Origin: Porphyridium purpureum
Taxonomy: Eukaryota
Length of the DNA stretch: 64,000 bases
Reading direction: 5' to 3'
Assembly (NCBI GenBank): GCA_008690995.1
Contig: VRMN01000003.1
Span: 1,984,001-2,048,000, forward strand
Shown here: positions 61,901-64,000 of the stretch, in pieces
Numbering within the stretch: position 1 is the stretch's first letter
Layout of the letters: the number at the start of each line of letters is the position of its first letter
Notes under the pieces: model-generated
What the model was told of the DNA's origin: nothing
Databases searched by the model: none
Seen by the model: the letters and a program-made list of their open reading frames with translations, nothing else
Position numbers and translations under genes: made by a program

Positions 61901-62686
61901 AAACGCAATGTCCAAGAGCAAGTAACTTGGCAGAGATGGTCACTATCATGCCATGTGACGTCACAAAGCGCAACCGCGAGTCTGGGTGCCTAAAGAAGAA
62001 TGTCCGGCAAGCATTGGGCACGACATTCGGGCGTGCATTTGTGCACAAGGTCCCACATGCGATTGGGCACACCTTCACAAGCTTAGCGGGGGTGACAGTA
62101 CGGATGACCCCGTCATGGTCCGAGCTGAACGTGTGCCATTCGCTCTGTCGAGCACTCCGAACAGGCGACAGTGATCTCGTCACGCACATTTGCGAGTGCT
62201 GCATCGTAGCTGCTTGCTACAACAATGCCCATGATCCTCGTTTCTATCGGCACTCGAATAAGATTCTTTGATTGTGCGCAATCACATGCGCACTTGCCTC
62301 CATGGCACGCTCTACGACGTCTGGAGCACGACCGCCGTTTGTGCAAGCGACCGCGGATGCAAGACCCACTTGCGTCTTCAGCTCGAGCATGCGCGACACG
62401 CCACCTCATCGGCTCCTTCACTTTTGGCGCGAAACGCATGGCCAATGAAACGATAATTACTAATAAAATGAGATTGTTCTAATAGAAGAAAGGAACTTGG
62501 CGCCTTCGAGCGCGCGCGCGCGGGTTGGGAGAAGCCAACTTGGTTGAGGGAGAGCGTTTGAGGGGCGCTGGCATGGTTAAGAGAGCGTCCGTTTGCCGGG
62601 CTTGCACGCGACATTGCTTTGGCGTTTCTTGGTTGGGAATCGCAGCGAACTAAGTGGGTTTTCGAAGGTTTAGTAAGGGCGGTGGT

Positions 62687-64000
62687 ATGGCGGGCGCTGC
62701 GATGGAAATGACGCGCACGCGCCTGTGCGAACTCTTGTTCGGTCACTCTGGTGGCTCCGACGATCAGACCGCGCAAGAAACACTGCTCGATAAGATTGTG
62801 CAGCTGTGTTCGAAGCACGCATTGTCGGCTGACGAGATGTTTGCGCGATGGGAGGCGCTCGCGCTGGAAAAGAATATTGAGGTTAGTACGCCGACCATGG
62901 CGCACCTTGCCCAGATCGAGGACAAGCTCAACAAGTCCAAAGCCATGGCATCCGCCTCATCGTCGGCCAAGAAATCAGAAGCAATCTTGGCTCCTGCGAG
63001 CATGATCACTCCGGTTTCGACGGCGAAAGGACGAGGCGGTGGTTTGAGAAAAGGCGTTGCGGTAAAGAAGTCTCCAGCCGCCGGTCGGAAAGGCAGTGCG
63101 CAGACCAAAACCTCCGCAGCGTCCAAAGGGCAAGAAAGCGTGGGCGCTTCGTCTGTCCCGCTGTCCATGCTCAGTACGGACATGTTCTTCGACCTGGACA
63201 TGTACGCAATGCGCGATGACGTGCAGTTGGCACCCAAGAATCTCGCGCGCGCGTTTGATGACGCTGCAGCGATGGAAGATGTTGGTGACGCAAAGAGTGT
63301 GACGCTCGATGCAAACGGATCGAACCCTGCGCAATCGCAGGATCGAGTGGGATTTCGCGGACAGGGCGCTCTGGAAGTGGAGCCGATCTTGGCTGACGAG
63401 GACTGGGACATTTCGAGCGAGTGCGCTGAGGAGCTGCTGCGAACGACAGACTCGGAAGACAAGCTGGTGTCATTCTGCAGTTCGGGATTCTGTACTGATT
63501 TTCAGCGCGTGCATCGCGTCGAGCAATTGCACGTGCACTGTATGAACGCGACGCTCGGTGAATCGTCATCCTTATTTGAAGACACACACTTTCGATACAT
63601 GAACGACCCGCGCTCCATGATGACAACCTTGCTGCGCAGTCGCATCAAGGAGGTTTCCGAGCGCATCTGCACCACAAATCGATGCTTTGAGCCGACTCTG
63701 GAAGCATTTGATACGCCTACACAGCAGCTGCGGACGATTTGTGGCCGCGTACGCTGGGAGCTGGAGCAAGGCAGTGAAGACGACGACATCGACCCAAACG
63801 GTCTTGATGAAAAGGGTAGAGATGGGAAGGAAGACGTGGAGGATGATCAAGCGGCTTCTGCCGCTGCGACCGCAGTCAAGGTTCCGGCAACTAGCACCTC
63901 GCAGTCTTGCGCACAGGTCAAACAGCTCCGCGCCAACGGCAATGCTGTCCTGCTCGAATCCATTGAAGGGCACTGCGTCAAGCTCGACCTAAGCATGGTG
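62687..64000 (+). CDS. POLA2: DNA polymerase alpha subunit B; 3' end runs off the window
   Basis: Missing from the ORF track because there is no stop. The open frame from ATG 62687 gives LDKIVQLCSKHALSADEMFARWEA (N-terminal domain), FRYM, ICGRV, AVLLESIEGHCVKLDLS. Confidence 0.8.
   Translation, partial: MAGAAMEMTRTRLCELLFGHSGGSDDQTAQETLLDKIVQLCSKHALSADEMFARWEALALEKNIEVSTPTMAHLAQIEDKLNKSKAMASASSSAKKSEAILAPASMITPVSTAKGRGGGLRKGVAVKKSPAAGRKGSAQTKTSAASKGQESVGASSVPLSMLSTDMFFDLDMYAMRDDVQLAPKNLARAFDDAAAMEDVGDAKSVTLDANGSNPAQSQDRVGFRGQGALEVEPILADEDWDISSECAEELLRTTDSEDKLVSFCSSGFCTDFQRVHRVEQLHVHCMNATLGESSSLFEDTHFRYMNDPRSMMTTLLRSRIKEVSERICTTNRCFEPTLEAFDTPTQQLRTICGRVRWELEQGSEDDDIDPNGLDEKGRDGKEDVEDDQAASAAATAVKVPATSTSQSCAQVKQLRANGNAVLLESIEGHCVKLDLSMV

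Noticed and set aside
1..64000. tRNA, rRNA or snRNA genes
   Set aside because: No cloverleaf or recognisable conserved RNA sequence seen by eye; tRNAscan-SE/Infernal would be needed to exclude them.

Overview
Gene-dense, almost intron-free eukaryotic nuclear DNA. Two nucleus-encoded phycobilisome linkers with plastid transit peptides, including a phycoerythrin gamma-type subunit, point to a red alga. The compact, intron-poor layout is Porphyridium-like, but that is inference. About 26 protein-coding genes are supported: RNase Z (cut by the left edge), eIF5, uL23, a BASS transporter, a GT25-like glycosyltransferase, HPPD, small Tim, UCH37, proteasome alpha-7, a Tat-signal Mn-type SOD, an RWP-RK factor, PEPCK, two PBS linkers, acyl-CoA oxidase, TPS/TPP, eL18, a nucleotide-sugar transporter, an SCP/NIF phosphatase, DCN1 (one intron), a GST-like protein, clathrin heavy chain, an ankyrin-RCC1 protein, two hypothetical proteins and Pol alpha subunit B (cut by the right edge). 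Highlights: (1) one 1836-aa ORF made of three complete GTP-dependent PEP carboxykinase domains, whose middle copy looks like an unequal-crossover chimera; (2) a decayed IS607-like element that the ORF track misses, with a serine-recombinase TnpA, a TnpB/Fanzor2-type nuclease relic and downstream hairpins (~32.3-34.3 kb); (3) an SOD with a bipartite stroma plus twin-arginine lumen signal; (4) a TPS/TPP lacking catalytic residues in both domains; (5) a rare intron with an apparent distant branch point. All calls come from reading the sequence by eye; no searches were run.
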